From: Synechococcus sp.
GTDB lineage: Bacteria > Cyanobacteriota > Cyanobacteriia > PCC-6307 > Cyanobiaceae
Assembly (NCBI GenBank): GCA_046081905.1
Contig: JBJTWS010000082.1
Location: 1 to 41,343, forward strand
Direction of reading: 5' to 3'
Length of the DNA stretch: 41,343 bases
Positions 1 through 9,219 of this stretch are shown piece by piece. Position 1 is the first letter of the stretch, and each line of letters opens with the position of its first letter. Below the pieces are notes generated by a model that made no database searches, was not told the origin of the DNA, and saw only the letters and a list, made by a program, of their open reading frames with translations. The translations under genes were made by a program, and so were the position numbers.

Positions 1-303
1 CACGGCCTCAACCGGCTGGTGGAGCAGCTCCGCCAACTGGCCCGCCAGCGTGGCTGGGTGGCCGAGCGCTTCGATGGCTGGCAGGGACGGCTGCCGGCCC
101 TGTTGCAAAAGCGAGTCGGGGCCAGCAACAGCCGCTTTGCCCAGCGGTTGTGGGGCCAGGACTGGGGGGAGGTGTTCCCCCCGGACCAGTCCGGTGTGGC
201 CCGCGCCACCGGCCAGGGATTGGTGCTGGATCAGGAGCTGCGCGACGAGGCCCTTGAGCTGTTCCTGACCTACCGCCGGCGCCTGCCCCGCCACCTGCGC
301 TGA
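1..303 (+). CDS. Hypothetical protein, 3' end only (runs off the left edge)
   Basis: Frame 1 is open from base 1 (HGLNRLVEQLRQ...) to TGA at 301-303, with GC-rich third positions like host genes. It converges on the next gene. No family recognised. Confidence 0.55.
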   Translation, partial: HGLNRLVEQLRQLARQRGWVAERFDGWQGRLPALLQKRVGASNSRFAQRLWGQDWGEVFPPDQSGVARATGQGLVLDQELRDEALELFLTYRRRLPRHLR

Positions 304-307
304 GTGC

Positions 308-1075
308 TCAGGCCGGGCGGTGGGCCTGGGGTCTGCCCGCTGCCAGGTGTGCCGATGACAGGCGGCGGCGCAGGCGGCGGCTGGCCCGGAAGGCGGCGGC
401 TATGCCCAGAAGTGGCAGCGGGCCGGGAGCGGAGTAGATGGTGGAACTGCTATCGCCATCGCCATCGTTATTGACATCAATGCCGTAGCCCTGCAGCCTC
501 GCAGCGGCGTAGACCTCTTCACCCCCTATGTCGATAAAGTTGTTGAATGACCCGAAATTGGGATTAGTGCCTGTGATAATGAATGAAAGGGGGTCGTTAA
601 GATCCAGGCGATTTGGTTTGTCAACAGGGAAGTTCAGTCGAAGGCCTAGGCCGTTGATGCCATTGGCCATGTTGATGTTGTCGGGGTTATAGGTGAAGCC
701 TTGCGTCAAGCAGGGGGATGCTGGGGCTGGCGGAACATCGCCTCTACATACGGAGCTAATGTTGGCATTCTCGGCAAGATTGAATGCAACTGAGCTAATG
801 AAGGCGCCCGAATCTGTGTCGAGATTGGCATCAAGGGTCAGGATTACTGAATTTGTTACGGCAGTGTTTCTAATTACGGCCTCTAGCCAGCTGGCGCCAT
901 TCCCGCCCAAGGCGGGAGATGGATCATTATTCGTCTCAAATCGCGCATCTCTGAATTCAAGCCTTAGTGATTCAGCGCCTAATGTTGCTCTTGAATGTGC
1001 TGGTGGCGCTATTGCCAAAAGCGCAGCGCTGCCTGCGGCGCAATAGCTGCACTTCAGGATCAGGCTTTGCGTCAA
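308..1075 (-). CDS. Secreted/surface protein with a cyanobacterial PEP-CTERM-like (PGPLP) C-terminal sorting signal
   Basis: N-terminal signal-like segment ([13 protein letters not shown]). The Asn/Asp-rich body includes DVNNDGDGD. The C-terminus [24 protein letters not shown] gives motif, hydrophobic stretch and basic tail. The TTG start is uncertain. Confidence 0.8.
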   Translation of the reverse strand: MTQSLILKCSYCAAGSAALLAIAPPAHSRATLGAESLRLEFRDARFETNNDPSPALGGNGASWLEAVIRNTAVTNSVILTLDANLDTDSGAFISSVAFNLAENANISSVCRGDVPPAPASPCLTQGFTYNPDNINMANGINGLGLRLNFPVDKPNRLDLNDPLSFIITGTNPNFGSFNNFIDIGGEEVYAAARLQGYGIDVNNDGDGDSSSTIYSAPGPLPLLGIAAAFRASRRLRRRLSSAHLAAGRPQAHRPA

Positions 1076-1292
1076 GCCATGTCCAAGTTTAAGCGATAAA
1101 ATTATTTTTGCAAGGGGATTAAGGGACCTCTTTTGTCTAGGAAGAAAGTGGACTGATATTCAGCCTTCGCTGAAGCGTTGCAGTGGCAGCCTGGCGCCAA
1201 TTCGGCTGGCTGCAAAGTGGAGCAAAAGCCCTCGGCAGCGTCCTGCTTCACCCTCTGCGCGATCATGGAGCGCAAGCGCACCACCTGTCCCC

Positions 1293-3998
1293 ATGGCCGC
1301 CGTTCCTCCCCAATGCCCCCGCAGCGGCGCCGAGATCCGCGCAGCCTTCCTGGCCTTCTATGAGCAGCGCGGCCACAGGCCGATGGCCAGCGCCTCCCTG
1401 GTGCCGGAGGACCCCACGGTGCTGCTCACGATCGCCGGCATGCTGCCGTTCAAGCCGGTGTTCCTGGGGCAGGCGGAGCGGCCGGCCCCGCGGGCCACCA
1501 GCAGTCAGAAGTGCATCCGCACCAACGACATCGAGAACGTGGGCCGCACGGCCCGGCATCACACGTTCTTCGAGATGCTCGGCAACTTCTCCTTCGGCGA
1601 CTACTTCAAGGAGCAGGCGATCCAGTGGGCCTGGGAGCTGAGCACCGAGGTGTTCGGACTTTCACCGAAGCATCTGGTGGTGAGTGTGTTCCGCGAGGAC
1701 GACGAAGCCGAGGCGATCTGGCGTGATGTTGTCGGCGTGAACCCCAAGCGGATCATCCGTATGGATGAGGCTGACAACTTCTGGGCCTCGGGCCCCACCG
1801 GCCCCTGCGGCCCCTGCTCGGAGATCTACTACGACTTCAAGCCCGAACTCGGCGACGATGCCATCGATCTGGAAGACGACAGCCGCTTCATCGAGTTCTA
1901 CAACCTGGTGTTCATGCAGTACAACCGCGACGCGGAGGGCACCCTCACGCCGCTGGCCAACCGCAACATCGACACCGGCATGGGCCTGGAGCGCATGGCC
2001 CAGATCCTGCAGGGGGTGCCCAACAACTACGAAACCGATCTGATCGTTCCGCTGATCGAAACAGCGGCAGGCCTGGCGGGTGTGGAGTACCGCGCCCTCG
2101 ATGAGAAGGGCAAAACCAGTCTCAAGGTGATCGGCGACCACTCCCGCGCCATCACCCAGCTGATCGGCGATGGCGTCACCGCCAGCAACCTGGGCCGGGG
2201 TTACATCCTGCGTCGCCTGCTGCGCCGCGTGGTGCGCCACGGCCGCCTGCTCGGCATCGACAAGCCGTTCCTGACGGCCATGGGTGAGGCGTCGATCACC
2301 CTGATGCAGGACGCCTATCCCCAGCTCGTGGAGCGCCGTGAGGTGATCCTGGCGGAGCTGCAGCGCGAGGAGGCCCGTTTCCTGGAAACCCTGGAGCGCG
2401 GCGAGAAGCTGCTGGCGGAGGTGCTGGCGGCGAAGCCGAAGCAGATCAGCGGCGAGCAAGCCTTTGAGCTCTACGACACCTACGGCTTCCCGCTGGAGCT
2501 CACCGAGGAGATCGCCGAGGAGCACGGCCTCACGGTGGACACCGCCGGCTTCGAGGCGGCGATGGAGGAGCAACGCCAGCGGGCCAAGGCCGCGGCGGTG
2601 AGCATCGACCTCACCCTGCAGGAGGCCATTGATCAGGTGGCCGCCGCCGCCCAAGCCACCGCCTTCAAGGGCTACGAGGCCCTGGAGCATCCCAGTTCCG
2701 TGCTGGCCCTGGTGGTGAACGGCGAGCCGGCCGAGCGGGCCAGTGCTGGCGATGCGGTGCAGCTGGTGCTCGATGTGACTCCCTTCTACGGGGAGGGCGG
2801 CGGCCAGGTGGGCGATCGGGGTGTGCTGCTGGGCGGTGGCGACCACACCAGCGTGGATGCGGGCGTGATCGTGAGCATCGCGGGCGTGTCCCGCAACCGC
2901 TCGGTGTTCGTGCACAGCGGCCGGGTGGAGCGGGGCAGCCTCGCCGTGGGGGATCTGCTCACGGCCCGGGTGGACGGGGCCTGCCGCCGGCGCGCCCAGG
3001 CGAACCACACCGCCACCCACCTGCTGCAGGCCGCCCTGAAGCAGGTTGTGGATCCGGGCATCGGCCAGGCCGGCTCGCTGGTGGACTTCGATCGCCTCCG
3101 CTTTGATTTCCACTGCCCCCGCGCCGTGACGGCGGCCGAGCTGGAGCAGATCGAGGCGCTGATCAATGGCTGGATCAGCGAGGGCCATGTCCTGGTGGTG
3201 GAGGAGATGGCGATCGAGCAGGCCAAAGCTGCCGGCGCGGTGGCGATGTTCGGCGAGAAGTACGCCGATGTGGTGCGGGTGGTGGATGTGCCCGGCGTGT
3301 CGATGGAGCTCTGCGGCGGCACCCACGTGGCCAACACCGCCGAGATCGGGGTGTTCAAGATCGTGGCCGAGAGCGGCGTGGCCGCCGGCATCCGCCGCAT
3401 CGAAGCGGTGGCGGGCCCGGCGGTGCTCAGCTACCTGCAGGAGCGCGACGCCGTGGTGAAGGCCCTGGGCGATCGCTTCAAGGCCCAGCCCGGCGAGATC
3501 GTGGAGCGGGTGGCGATTCTGCAGGACGACCTCAAGGCCACCCAGAAGGCCTTGGCCGCGGCCCGTCAGGAGCTGGCCCTGGCCCGCTCGGCGGCCCTGG
3601 CGGCCCAGGCCGAAGCCGTGGGTGCGGCCGGGGGTGGCGAAGGGGGCGGAGAGCCGTTCCAGCTGCTGGTTGCCCGCCTCGATGGCGTGGAGGGGGCGGC
3701 CCTGCAGAACGCCACCCAGGGGCTGGCGGATCAGCTGGGCGACACCGCCGCCGTGGTGCTCGGTGGCCTGCCGGATCCCGCCGACCTGGGCAAGGTGATC
3801 CTGGTGGCGGCCTTCGGCAAGGCGGTGATCGCCAAGGGGCCCCAGGCCGGCAGGTTCATCGGTGGGGTGGCGAAGGCCTGCGGCGGCGGTGGCGGCGGCC
3901 GGCCCAACCTGGCCCAGGCCGGCGGCCGCGACGGGGCAGCCCTGGAGGGGGCGCTCGAGCAGGCCCGGCAGGAGCTCAGGCACGCCCTCGGGGCCTGA
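1293..3998 (+). CDS. alaS: Alanine--tRNA ligase
   Basis: Motifs [53 protein letters not shown], editing-site NHTATHLL and ELCGGTH, and C-terminal [13 protein letters not shown]. 901 aa. Confidence 0.99.
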   Translation: MAAVPPQCPRSGAEIRAAFLAFYEQRGHRPMASASLVPEDPTVLLTIAGMLPFKPVFLGQAERPAPRATSSQKCIRTNDIENVGRTARHHTFFEMLGNFSFGDYFKEQAIQWAWELSTEVFGLSPKHLVVSVFREDDEAEAIWRDVVGVNPKRIIRMDEADNFWASGPTGPCGPCSEIYYDFKPELGDDAIDLEDDSRFIEFYNLVFMQYNRDAEGTLTPLANRNIDTGMGLERMAQILQGVPNNYETDLIVPLIETAAGLAGVEYRALDEKGKTSLKVIGDHSRAITQLIGDGVTASNLGRGYILRRLLRRVVRHGRLLGIDKPFLTAMGEASITLMQDAYPQLVERREVILAELQREEARFLETLERGEKLLAEVLAAKPKQISGEQAFELYDTYGFPLELTEEIAEEHGLTVDTAGFEAAMEEQRQRAKAAAVSIDLTLQEAIDQVAAAAQATAFKGYEALEHPSSVLALVVNGEPAERASAGDAVQLVLDVTPFYGEGGGQVGDRGVLLGGGDHTSVDAGVIVSIAGVSRNRSVFVHSGRVERGSLAVGDLLTARVDGACRRRAQANHTATHLLQAALKQVVDPGIGQAGSLVDFDRLRFDFHCPRAVTAAELEQIEALINGWISEGHVLVVEEMAIEQAKAAGAVAMFGEKYADVVRVVDVPGVSMELCGGTHVANTAEIGVFKIVAESGVAAGIRRIEAVAGPAVLSYLQERDAVVKALGDRFKAQPGEIVERVAILQDDLKATQKALAAARQELALARSAALAAQAEAVGAAGGGEGGGEPFQLLVARLDGVEGAALQNATQGLADQLGDTAAVVLGGLPDPADLGKVILVAAFGKAVIAKGPQAGRFIGGVAKACGGGGGGRPNLAQAGGRDGAALEGALEQARQELRHALGA

Positions 3999-4014
3999 GG
4001 CTTTCCCTCAGGCC
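3992..4014. terminator. Hairpin spanning two convergent stop codons (possible bidirectional terminator)
   Basis: Perfect 9-bp stem GGCCTGAGG-ctttc-CCTCAGGCC, containing the alaS TGA and the opposite-strand TGA. No long U-tract. Confidence 0.5.
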
Positions 4015-5800
4015 AGCAGGGGTGCGGCCTGGAAGGCCGCGAAGCCGGCGAAGCGGATCTCCGCTCCCACCAGTCCGCTCGCCTGGCTGCTGAAGAGGTT
4101 GGGAGCCACCAGGCCCAGTTCGGCGCTGGCGGCGCCCAGGGGGGGCGCCGAGCTGTTGGGCGCGGGTGCGGTGGCCCCCGGGAGCCCTGCCGAGCGCTGG
4201 AACGCAGCAAGGCGCTGGAAGGCCGGCAGTGCCTGGAAGCTGCCAGCCGCCCCCAGCCCGGTGATCGGATCTCCACCCACCCCTGGAACCCCGGCCGGCG
4301 GGGCCAGGGGGCTCTGGGGCGGCTGGAGCACGGGGGACACGGTCACCTCCGGCGTGCCGGCCCCGCCGTTGCCCCGCAGCACCAGCTCCTTGAGGTCGCG
4401 CTCGGTGATGGCGGTGCCGCCCTCCTCCAGCGGAGAGGGGGTGGTGATGCCTCCGCCGGCCTTCACGCCCAGCAGGCGCTCGGCGTTGGCGCGCTCCTCC
4501 GGGGTGAGCAGCACACCGCTGGGTTGTCCTTCCCCGGCCCTGGGGCCGGCTGCTCCGCCTCCCTGGATCAGCAGGTCCAGCCGGTCCTGCTGGCGCTGGG
4601 CAGCATCGCCACCGAGGCGCCCTCCGGTGGCCTCGTGCAGTTCGAGGCCTGATCCGGTTTCCTGTGCCTCCGGGTTGGGGGTGCCGGAGGCTGCGGGTTG
4701 ATCCTCGCTGGAATCGTTCGGCGTGCCGCCGTCGTCGCCACCCTGGTTCTGGCTGTCGTCGTCGCCGTTGCCTGCGGAGTCTCCGTCGTTGTCGTCGTCG
4801 TTATCACCGTCGGCGCTGTCGTCGTCGCTGCCGTAGGTCGCAGAGTCCTTGTTGCCGTCGCCGTCGGTGTCCTGGTTCACCACGGCTGTCTGCCCTTCAG
4901 AGCCGCTCGGCGGCATGGCCGTTGACCCCGGCGGATACGACTCGGTCGTGCCGTCGCCGCGGGTGATGGTGGAGGAGCCATCGGCGTTGACGGTCACATG
5001 GCGGAGTTCGGTCGAGCCGTCCGGGTAGGTGATGGTCACGTCATAGGTGCCTGAGCCGTCGGCGTTGTTGTTGATGTTGTGAAGGGTCCCGGTGATCGCG
5101 CCTGAGGTTGCGTTGCCCGGATCGGGAGATGCAGGGGCCGGCGCGGGCTGGGCGGTCTCCGCAGGGGCGGGGGCGCCGGATCCAGCCCCGGGGTTGGTGC
5201 CAGGCCCAGCGGCTCCGGTCCCGGCTGCCGGAGCCCCCGTCCTGGGCAGATCCTGCAGCGCCGGCGCTGCGGGTTGCCGGGGGGCTTGGGCCGTTGTGTC
5301 TGCAGGGGCGCTCGGTTCACTGCCCCCCTGCTGGGCCGCCTCCACCTGCTTCACCACCGGGCCCACCACCTCCCGCACCGCCGCCTTGGCCCGCGCTCCC
5401 CGCAGACCCTCCCGCACGATCCGGTCGGTGAGTTTCCGGGCTTCGTCGGTGTCGTCGATGCCCACCAGCTGCAGGTGGCCTGCGCGTCGATCAGCGCACG
5501 GGCCACCTCGCCGGCCCGCGGCAGGAAGGCCGGCGCCGGCTGGCCTGTGAGGGTTTCGATCACGGCCTCGCCGATGAGCGTGTCGGCGGTGCCGCCGCTG
5601 CTGTCGTCCGTGAGGCGGCGGTCGAGGATCTCGTTGGCCACCCGCTCCACCAACGCGCTGTCCGCCCCCACCAGCTGCAGCGTGGCGGCGGCGTTGATCG
5701 CGAGGCGGCTGGTTTTCTCCTCCTCCTTCCGGTTCTTGCCCCGGGGCACGAGGCGATCGCTCCAGCTCTGGGCGGTGGTGCGTTGTTTCTAGGCGGCCAT
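4008..5800 (-). pseudogene. Disrupted ~600-aa acidic low-complexity protein (in-frame TAG at codon 4, 1-nt frameshift near 5475)
   Basis: GGAG precedes ATG at 5800, which reads M-A-A-TAG-K-Q-R-T-T-A-Q-S-W-S-D-R-L-V-P-R-G-K, in frame with ORF 5351..5749. Adding one C at ACC(C)TG joins this to ORF 4008..5867 and restores AQATLQLVG, matching the earlier AAATLQLVG. The body has a Pro/Ala linker, xDGS/T hairpin motifs and an Asp-rich tract (DTDGDGNKD). Confidence 0.7.
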
Positions 5801-5874
5801 GGTGTGGCTCCGCTGGGTTCCCTTCACTGTCCGCAGTTCCGGGACCGGGTCCTGGGGGGCAGCGCATCGCTGGG

Positions 5875-5890
5875 CGTGAGGTTGCTCACA
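5875..5890. promoter_or_regulatory. CRP-type operator (TGTGA-N6-TCACG on the minus strand)
   Basis: The plus strand reads CGTGA-GGTTGC-TCACA, a 9/10 match to TGTGA-N6-TCACA. It sits in the 116-bp gap between the divergent Crp gene and the disrupted gene. Confidence 0.7.
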
Positions 5891-5916
5891 GGCCGTGGAT
5901 CCGTCCTGGCGGGAGG

Positions 5917-6642
5917 ATGCGCAGACGCTTCGCCGAGCTGATCGCTCCCCCCATGCCCGCTCCCCTGCACTGCGCGGATCTGGCCCGCCTCCCCCTGTTT
6001 GCGGGGATCGAGCCGGCCCTGCTGGAGCCGCTCCTGGAGGGGCAGCTGCCGCTCTCCCTCTCCGCCACGCAGGTAGTGATGATGGAGGAAGACGAAGGCA
6101 TGGGCCTGCTGGTGCTGCGGCAGGGCCTGGCCAAGGTGCGGGGCTTCTCGGCCGATGGCGAGGAGGTGACCCTGGCGGTGCTCGGGCCGGAGGCGCTGCT
6201 GGGGGACATGGCCGTGCTGGCCGATGGGCGCCGCACCGCGGACGTGGTGGCCCTTACGGAGCTGCAGGCGGTGAAGCTGCGCTCGGAGCCCTTCCGTCGC
6301 CTGCTGACCCGTGAAGTGGCGCTCGCTCTCGCGCTGGCCCGACTCCAGGCCCACCGTCTGCGGGCGCTCAACCGCCGCTTCCTGCTGCGCGGTGCCGATG
6401 CCACCACCCGCCTGCTGGCCGCCCTGCTGGAGTTTGCTCTCCAGAGCGACCCCGCCCGCGACCCCGAGGCCCTGGTGCCGCCGTTGCCCCAGCGGGAGCT
6501 GGCGGCCCTGGCCGGCCTCTCCCGCGAAACCGCCTCCCGCTCCCTCAATCAGCTGCGGCGCCAGGGAACGGTCTGGGGCGGTGAGGAGGGCCTGCGGATC
6601 GCCAACCTGGCAGCCCTGCGCAAGCGAGGGCTCTGGCACTGA
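5917..6642 (+). CDS. Crp/Fnr-family transcriptional regulator (cNMP-binding domain + HTH)
   Basis: LPLFAGI start, cassette LGPEALLGDMAVLADGRRTADVVA, and HTH LPQRELAALAGLSRETASRSL with a CRP-like RE-x-x-x-R recognition helix. Alternative ATG at 5953. Confidence 0.93.
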   Translation: MRRRFAELIAPPMPAPLHCADLARLPLFAGIEPALLEPLLEGQLPLSLSATQVVMMEEDEGMGLLVLRQGLAKVRGFSADGEEVTLAVLGPEALLGDMAVLADGRRTADVVALTELQAVKLRSEPFRRLLTREVALALALARLQAHRLRALNRRFLLRGADATTRLLAALLEFALQSDPARDPEALVPPLPQRELAALAGLSRETASRSLNQLRRQGTVWGGEEGLRIANLAALRKRGLWH

Positions 6643-6706
6643 AGCCGGCGCTGCAGCTCCTTCCGGCACCCGGCCCTAGCCTCAGGCCATTGTGTGCTGA
6701 TTCCGA

Positions 6707-7132
6707 ATGTCTTTCCTACGGGGCTCCCTCGGCCGTTCCCTGCTTGCCCTCGGCCTTGTGCTCTCCGCCGCCAGCGCGGCCTGGGCGACACCCGCCGCCA
6801 GCCTGTTGAAGAGCCTCAAGCTGCCCCTGCCGAAGCCGGCCGCCAGCCTGTTCGCCGCCAATGCCCTCGGCCAGACCAGCCTCAACACCCAGCTGCCGGG
6901 CCAGCCGGATCAGCTGCTGGCCAAGGAGAAGGCTTCCCTCAGCCAGCAGGGCTACAGCGAGCGCACGATCAACACCGTGAGCGGCCCCTGGGGCTTCAAT
7001 CTGGTGATGGATCCGCCGGCCGGCACCACGGTGGATGGCACCCCCGAGGGCAAGACGGCCGCCCTGGTGCTGCAGTCCACGGCGATCGGCCCCGGGCAGC
7101 TCAACCTGAACGTGCGCTTCGAGGGGCTGTGA
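6707..7132 (+). CDS. Hypothetical exported protein
   Basis: Sec signal peptide (RSLLALGLVLSAASAAWA|TP) and host-like codon usage. Same strand as the Crp gene, 64 bp downstream. Confidence 0.8.
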   Translation: MSFLRGSLGRSLLALGLVLSAASAAWATPAASLLKSLKLPLPKPAASLFAANALGQTSLNTQLPGQPDQLLAKEKASLSQQGYSERTINTVSGPWGFNLVMDPPAGTTVDGTPEGKTAALVLQSTAIGPGQLNLNVRFEGL

Positions 7133-7150
7133 TGCCGCTCGGCTCCTGGA

Positions 7151-8854
7151 TCAGAAGCGGTACTTGAGCTGGGCGTAGAAGCCCTTGCCCAGCACCCAGT
7201 CGGTCCATGGACCGGGGTTGTCGTCCACCTGGAACTGCTCCACCCAGCCCAGCTCCACCAGCCAGTGGTTGCCGTTCAGCCAGCGGGCCAGCAAGCCGCC
7301 GGAGCCCACGGTGTCGGAGAAGCTCACCCCCGCCAGGTTGGTCTGCACCCCGCCCACGCCGAAGAAGGGCACGATCTGGAAGGTGTTGCTGCCATTCTGC
7401 CAGAAGCTCCAGCTCACCTCCGCGGTGCCCAGCCAGCCGCTGTCGCCGCTGATCAGCTGCCCGGGCAGACCCCGCAGGCCCACATCGGAGCCCAGGGTGA
7501 ACTGCATCGGGCTGGTGAGGGGCCGGAAGGCCACCTGCCCCGCCGCCCGCAGGTTCAGCTGCCAGCTGGGGGCGAAGGCCCAGGCGGTCGACGCGATCGC
7601 CCCCAGCGCCGTGGCCTTCCCGGGCACGATGTCGGCCACGGCGAGTTCCTTTCGCTGTGCTTCGGGGGTGACGGCGCTGATGCCCTGCAGCAGATAGACG
7701 TTGCCGCCCCAGCCCACCCGGTCGGCGAAGCCGTTGGCGCTCAGCCCCAGCCGCACGTAGCCGGAACTGGGCGAGCGCACCGATTCGGGCACGAGGTCCG
7801 GCAGGGCCCGGCCGTCGAGGTAGGTGTTGCTGCGGTTGCCGCTGAAGCCGGCGAAGAAGCTCCAGCGCTGGCTGAGGGTTTCGTGGAACACCCGCTCAAG
7901 TTGACCCAGCCCCTGGTACTGTACGGTGCTGATGCCATCGCTGGGCGACGGCAGCTCGATCAGGTTGCGGCGGCTGTAGCCGAAGGCGCCGGTGAAGTTC
8001 CACTGGTCTGCCAGGGGGAGGGTGTAGCTCAGTGAGGTGATCACCGCCCCGAGGCTGCCGTCGGTCTCGCCGTCGAGTTCGCCGTAGAGCAGCAGGGTGT
8101 CGCCGCGGGTGGCCAGGTCGCCCTTCACGAGGGTGCCGAGCAGCCGGGCATCCCCCGAGCCGTTGGTGCCGTCGTTGCGCGCCGAGAACTCCCCCTGCCA
8201 GCGCTGCGCACCGGGCTCCACACTCACGGTGAACACGGCCTGGGAGGGATCGCTGCCCAGACGGGAGAGGTTGCCGCGCACGGCGCTCACCCCCGGCAGC
8301 CGTTTGAGCAGCTGCAGCTCGCGCTCCACCGAGGGCACATGCAGCACGCTTCCCTGCAGGGGCCGCAGCAGACGGGCGACGCGGCGGTTGAGGCGCTCGT
8401 CCTTGCCGGTGACCCGCAGCTCCACCACCCGCCCTTCCACGACCTCCAGGCCGCCGGGGGCGGGGGTGTCGCGCACATAGACGCGGCTGTTCACGTAGCC
8501 ATCGGCCACCAGCCGGGCCGAGAGGGCCGCGGCGCAGGCGTTCAGGGCAGCAGCCCGATCGGGCTGCTGGGCGCAGGTGCCGAGGATGCGCTGCAGCTCC
8601 ACGGGGGAAAAGGGGGTTTCCCCCTGAATCGACGGCAGGGGTGTCGGCTCCCCCTGCGGGGGAGACTGTGGCTGGCTGGGAGGGACCTCGCCCGGTGGGG
8701 GCTCGCTGGTTCCGGTTCCCGGCTCGATCTCCACCGGAACGGGCGGTGTGGGCTGCCCCGGCTGTGGCCGGGTTTCGCCCGCCTCCGGGCCCGGCAATCG
8801 GATCGGGCTGTTCTGGAGCGGCGGGGCCACCAGCTGCGCCAGAAGGGGAAGCAT
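7151..8854 (-). CDS. Two-partner secretion outer-membrane transporter (TpsB; ShlB/FhaC/HecB family)
   Basis: POTRA signature LVADGYVNSRVYV...LEVVEGRV and a second POTRA (ERELQLLKRLPGV). Amphipathic beta strands, loop-6-like motif FTLGSDVGLRGLP, and terminal YAQLKYRF. Probable ATG at 8854; the ORF-track start at 9151 looks over-extended. Confidence 0.93.
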   Translation of the reverse strand: MLPLLAQLVAPPLQNSPIRLPGPEAGETRPQPGQPTPPVPVEIEPGTGTSEPPPGEVPPSQPQSPPQGEPTPLPSIQGETPFSPVELQRILGTCAQQPDRAAALNACAAALSARLVADGYVNSRVYVRDTPAPGGLEVVEGRVVELRVTGKDERLNRRVARLLRPLQGSVLHVPSVERELQLLKRLPGVSAVRGNLSRLGSDPSQAVFTVSVEPGAQRWQGEFSARNDGTNGSGDARLLGTLVKGDLATRGDTLLLYGELDGETDGSLGAVITSLSYTLPLADQWNFTGAFGYSRRNLIELPSPSDGISTVQYQGLGQLERVFHETLSQRWSFFAGFSGNRSNTYLDGRALPDLVPESVRSPSSGYVRLGLSANGFADRVGWGGNVYLLQGISAVTPEAQRKELAVADIVPGKATALGAIASTAWAFAPSWQLNLRAAGQVAFRPLTSPMQFTLGSDVGLRGLPGQLISGDSGWLGTAEVSWSFWQNGSNTFQIVPFFGVGGVQTNLAGVSFSDTVGSGGLLARWLNGNHWLVELGWVEQFQVDDNPGPWTDWVLGKGFYAQLKYRF

Positions 8855-9219
8855 GGGGGAAGGCCGCGGAACACAGGCCGAATTGTGCGCGAAAAGCCCG
8901 GTCCATTCCAGCTGTGGTGGCCCTCTCCTGAAATTGGCGCACAAAGAAAGGTGGGAGATTCTTGGCATCCGGGGGGAAGGATCCCCTGCCCGAAGAACCT
9001 GCCCGAAGAAGAGCAACCAGTCGATTGGGCCTGGGAGAGGTGCATCAGGCTGTCCTCTTTTGCCATCGCCGCCCTTCGTCCCGCAGGGCATCCGCCTGTT
9101 CTGCGGGTAATGATTCGGTGAACTTCTCCTCTGTGGCCCGGGGTTTGGCAACGGCGCCGAAGAATCTCCCAGACAGCGGCCTTACAGTGAGGCAGGCTGT
9201 GTGGTATGGAGTACGGGGT

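Noticed and set aside
1662-3983. 773-aa antisense ORF over alaS
   Set aside because: Shadow frame caused by GC-rich codon bias; no recognisable motifs, and alaS explains the region.
5789-5791. Amber readthrough (pyrrolysine or recoding) at the TAG in codon 4
   Set aside because: No pyl genes are present in the window and none are expected in cyanobacteria. The same gene also has a frameshift, so mutation or error is the simpler explanation.
5480-5867. N-terminal part of ORF 4008..5867 as a real protein start
   Set aside because: The R/G/H-rich sequence is off-frame. The adjacent frame (5800 to 5476) has an RBS, natural composition and the duplicated LQLVG motif.
8883-8944. Inverted repeat TTGTGCGC...GCGCACAA upstream of tpsB
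   Set aside because: Only 8 bp with a 46-nt spacer; it matches no operator I recognise and could be chance.
8855-9219. Apparent head-to-head overlap of the TpsB (start 9151) and TpsA1 (start 8962) ORFs
   Set aside because: The extensions look non-coding. More plausible starts at 8854 and 9220 leave a divergent promoter gap.
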